Under the pieces are notes generated by a model. It worked only from the letters and a program-made list of their open reading frames with translations. It was not told the origin of the DNA and searched no databases. The translations under genes and the position numbers were made by a program. From a virus: a DNA stretch of 64,000 nucleotides. The stretch spans positions 32,001 to 96,000 of IMG/VR virus record IMGVR_UViG_3300021197_001635; one strand, given 5' to 3'. Below are positions 61,276 to 64,000 of this stretch, one piece after another (the stretch's first letter is position 1; every line of letters begins with the position of its first letter).

Positions 61276-61931
61276 AATCATTTAAGCAATTCATAAAAGA
61301 GCAGCAAATGGGTGGTGGACCTCCAGGCGGTTTCCCAGACGATTTGCCTGATTGGCCAGAAGAAGATATGTGGGATACTATAAACGATGATGGGACTTGG
61401 ACTTCTGGAGGATATACTTGGTATATTCGAGATGGTCAACTATATGTATACATAGATGGAGAATGGTACTTGCGTGGTGCTTCACTAGACACTGGTGAAG
61501 ACGAAGATTCGACCGCAAATGGACGAGATGGGATAGACTGGCGTGATAGTTATGGTCTCCTGTTCCAGATTCTTATAGATTTGGGATATAGTATTAAAGA
61601 AATACGTGAACTGGGCATTCCAGTCCCTGAACATGAGCCATGGGAGGACCCCAAGGACGACCCTGATTACGACCCAAATGTGGATGGGATACCACCTTGG
61701 TGGGACCAACCAAATAACCCCCCACCACCTCTCCCCGATGGAACTGATCCTGTTTATCTAGAGGATGGTCCATATGGACCAGGCTGGTACTATGATGATG
61801 AATTTACTCCAGTTCTTCCAGAAGATTATGAATCAGGCATGATGTCTAATTATGGACCATCTGGGGTAGCGGCCATGCCTTCATCTATACCATCGCTTAC
61901 ACCTAATATCAAGGGTGGAGGACCCAAATGA
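61272..61931 (+). CDS. Putative internal head protein, acidic/Pro/Trp-rich
   Basis: MKSFKQFIKE leader; ATGA overlap with previous gene. Confidence 0.6.
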   Translation: MKSFKQFIKEQQMGGGPPGGFPDDLPDWPEEDMWDTINDDGTWTSGGYTWYIRDGQLYVYIDGEWYLRGASLDTGEDEDSTANGRDGIDWRDSYGLLFQILIDLGYSIKEIRELGIPVPEHEPWEDPKDDPDYDPNVDGIPPWWDQPNNPPPPLPDGTDPVYLEDGPYGPGWYYDDEFTPVLPEDYESGMMSNYGPSGVAAMPSSIPSLTPNIKGGGPK

Positions 61932-62884
61932 AGTCATTTAAGCAATTCATCATAACTAAGGCAGATATAGACAGTATCACATATGGTACTCCTACCGTCC
62001 AACAGCAAGAGAGAATGGACAAGGAACTGGAGTATTTTGATGACAGTATATATGACCTAGTTACGATGGGGTGTGCACCGAGCAATACCAGCGACACTAC
62101 CAAGAAAGAATTGTATTACCTACACAGGGTAGAAAAAAACGAAGAAATGTTTGAAAAGTATGACATGCATTTTTCTCCCTCTATATTCGGTTATGCTAGA
62201 GATAATGGTCTAGACTTTGATGAAGAAGAACTTAGACGGATAAAAAGAGAAGCATCTAACATATTGCTACACGTAAAATTCCACTTTAACAGGCCTAGAC
62301 CTTATCAGATAGCGGACTCCCTTGGTATGGAGCTAGACCACATGAATACCGAATCTGGTCACACACCCTCATACCCCAGCGGGCATGCAGGTTTGGCAAG
62401 GCTATTGGCACTGCTGATTGCTAAAGACAACCCAGATTATAAAGACGAACTAATCGCCATCGCGGATGAGATAGCCTTATCTAGAGAGATAGGCGCTGTT
62501 CATTTTCCCTCAGACAATGATTTTGGTAAAGAAGTTGCCAATATAATGTATAGCGAACTCACTGGTGAGGAATTGCAGGAATGTGATTGCGGTTGTGATG
62601 AGCGTTTAGATGAGGCAGAATACCAAGGCAAGAAGGTAACATTAAATAAGCCTTTTAGAACGCCTGGAGAATCTAAGAAATTTGCAGTTTATGCCAAGAA
62701 TGATAAAGATAAAGTGGTAATTGTTCGATTTGGTGACCCGAATATGGAAATCAAGAGGGATGACCCGAAGAGATTAAAAGCATATCGCTCAAGAATGGGT
62801 TGCGACACCGATCCAGGACCCAAATGGAAAGCAAACTACTGGTCTTGTTATCAGTGGAGAGCTGGTGCAAAAGTAGACGACTAA
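61928..62884 (+). CDS. PAP2/haloperoxidase-family phosphatase fused to a conserved phage C-terminal domain
   Basis: K..FNRPRP, PSYPSGH, SR..G.VHFPSD; tail AEYQGKKVTLNKP...RFGDPNM. Confidence 0.8.
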   Translation: MKSFKQFIITKADIDSITYGTPTVQQQERMDKELEYFDDSIYDLVTMGCAPSNTSDTTKKELYYLHRVEKNEEMFEKYDMHFSPSIFGYARDNGLDFDEEELRRIKREASNILLHVKFHFNRPRPYQIADSLGMELDHMNTESGHTPSYPSGHAGLARLLALLIAKDNPDYKDELIAIADEIALSREIGAVHFPSDNDFGKEVANIMYSELTGEELQECDCGCDERLDEAEYQGKKVTLNKPFRTPGESKKFAVYAKNDKDKVVIVRFGDPNMEIKRDDPKRLKAYRSRMGCDTDPGPKWKANYWSCYQWRAGAKVDD

Positions 62885-62925
62885 TTCGGAGGTAGGTGAT
62901 ATGTTCATCATGAAAAAAGAATCAT

Positions 62926-63144
62926 ATGACAATAGACTGGATAGACGTAGCACTAACACTCCTAACTACGGGGTTTTTTTCCCTAATAGGGTTTGTATGG
63001 AAATACTCACATAAGGTAACAGCATTGGAAAAAGATGTTGCTGATAATAAGAGAAGAATAAGGAAAATGGAATCTGACCACGACAAGGTAATGGACAAAA
63101 TGTATTCTATTGTGAAATCCCGTGGGGACTTTCAAATCAAATAG
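62926..63144 (+). CDS. Small membrane protein (TM helix plus coiled coil)
   Basis: N-terminal hydrophobic helix, heptad C-terminus. Confidence 0.55.
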   Translation: MTIDWIDVALTLLTTGFFSLIGFVWKYSHKVTALEKDVADNKRRIRKMESDHDKVMDKMYSIVKSRGDFQIK

Positions 63145-63154
63145 GGGTACTCAA

Positions 63155-63499
63155 ATGGAAAAATCAACCAATAAAGAAGAATGTTCAGTGTGTCGTGAAA
63201 AAGATGTAGAGAGACTCAAGTTCGAACTACATAAATGTAAAGATGCAGGTAAGGTTAAAGATAAGAAGATTAAACAGTTAGACAAAAAGGTGTTCGTACT
63301 CACTTTCATAGCAGTCGCTATTGGTGCTATTTTTGGTAAGGAAGTGTTAGATACAGTCATTGAATGGTTGGAATCAATCGGCAGTTTTAATTCTGGTGTT
63401 AATCACATAACTCATACTGGGGTATATCCAGCGCCTGGAACATTGGCAGTATTTGCACTACCAGTAATCATGGGAAGAAGAAGCAGGAAGAGAAAATGA
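63155..63499 (+). CDS. Membrane protein with C-terminal PEP-CTERM-like (PAP-G) sorting signal
   Basis: TM helix, then YPAPGTLAVFALPVIMGRRSRKRK. Confidence 0.65.
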   Translation: MEKSTNKEECSVCREKDVERLKFELHKCKDAGKVKDKKIKQLDKKVFVLTFIAVAIGAIFGKEVLDTVIEWLESIGSFNSGVNHITHTGVYPAPGTLAVFALPVIMGRRSRKRK

Positions 63500-63948
63500 A
63501 ATCATTTAAACAATATATTGACGAAGCAGTGACCGATGATCGCAAGGAAGTCGCTAAAGGGCTTAAGAAGTGGGCAAAGCAATATGTGAGCGGATCTATA
63601 TCGGTTAAATCGGGTAGTGGTAAAACTCCCTTTGTCCAGTTGACGGCAAGAGGAGGGGAGATCAGCAATGACCTCCGCAAGATGGTAATCGACAAAATAT
63701 TCACAGATGCTAAAGTACGCGACATGAATGATATTAGTTACGGTAACGTCACTAAGAATTATATCGCTATCACCTCTGATCAATGGAAGAAGGTGATGGG
63801 ACTGGATGAGACTATAGTTAAGAGCGGTGACAAGTGGAAGGTCATGAACAAGGACAAGTCAAAGACCTTAGGTACTCACGACTCTAAAAAGATGGCCCTC
63901 AAGCAGTTAGCAGCCGTAGAAATAAGCAAAGCGAGCAGAGGGAAATGA
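63496..63948 (+). CDS. Putative internal head protein
   Basis: MKSFKQYIDE leader; internal LDE; C-terminal LGTH.SK..A.KQLAAVEISK. Confidence 0.6.
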   Translation: MKSFKQYIDEAVTDDRKEVAKGLKKWAKQYVSGSISVKSGSGKTPFVQLTARGGEISNDLRKMVIDKIFTDAKVRDMNDISYGNVTKNYIAITSDQWKKVMGLDETIVKSGDKWKVMNKDKSKTLGTHDSKKMALKQLAAVEISKASRGK

Positions 63949-64000
63949 AATCTTTCAAAGAATATATAATAGAGAGGCTTAGGATCAACTACAAAAAAGG
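63945..64000 (+). CDS. Start of another putative internal head protein (truncated by window end)
   Basis: MKSFKEYIIERLRINYKK, ATGA overlap. Confidence 0.55.
   Translation, partial: MKSFKEYIIERLRINYKK

Overview
64 kb of a large T4-like (myovirus) phage genome, with essentially all genes on the + strand. It carries the T4 core replication, recombination and late-transcription genes (uvsW, 55, 47, 46, rnh, 45, 44, 62, regA, 43, uvsX, 40, 41, 61), thyX, class II RNR and dUTPase. Accessory content includes a ~12 kb sugar-nucleotide/glycosyltransferase island next to a collagen-like fibre, purine enzymes (purB, guaB, add), glutamine synthetase II, an outer-membrane porin and four tRNAs. A cluster of probable capsid-targeted internal proteins (MKSFKQFIxE N-termini) ends the window. 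The porin and a PAP-G (PEP-CTERM-like) sorting signal suggest a Phycisphaerae planctomycete host (inference). The most striking unexplained signals are two non-coding elements. One is a late-promoter/terminator-bounded structured RNA (~57010-57282) complementary to 23S rRNA on both sides of helix 71. The other is a ~350-nt multi-branched structured element at 54318-54670. All calls come from motif recognition by eye; no searches were run.
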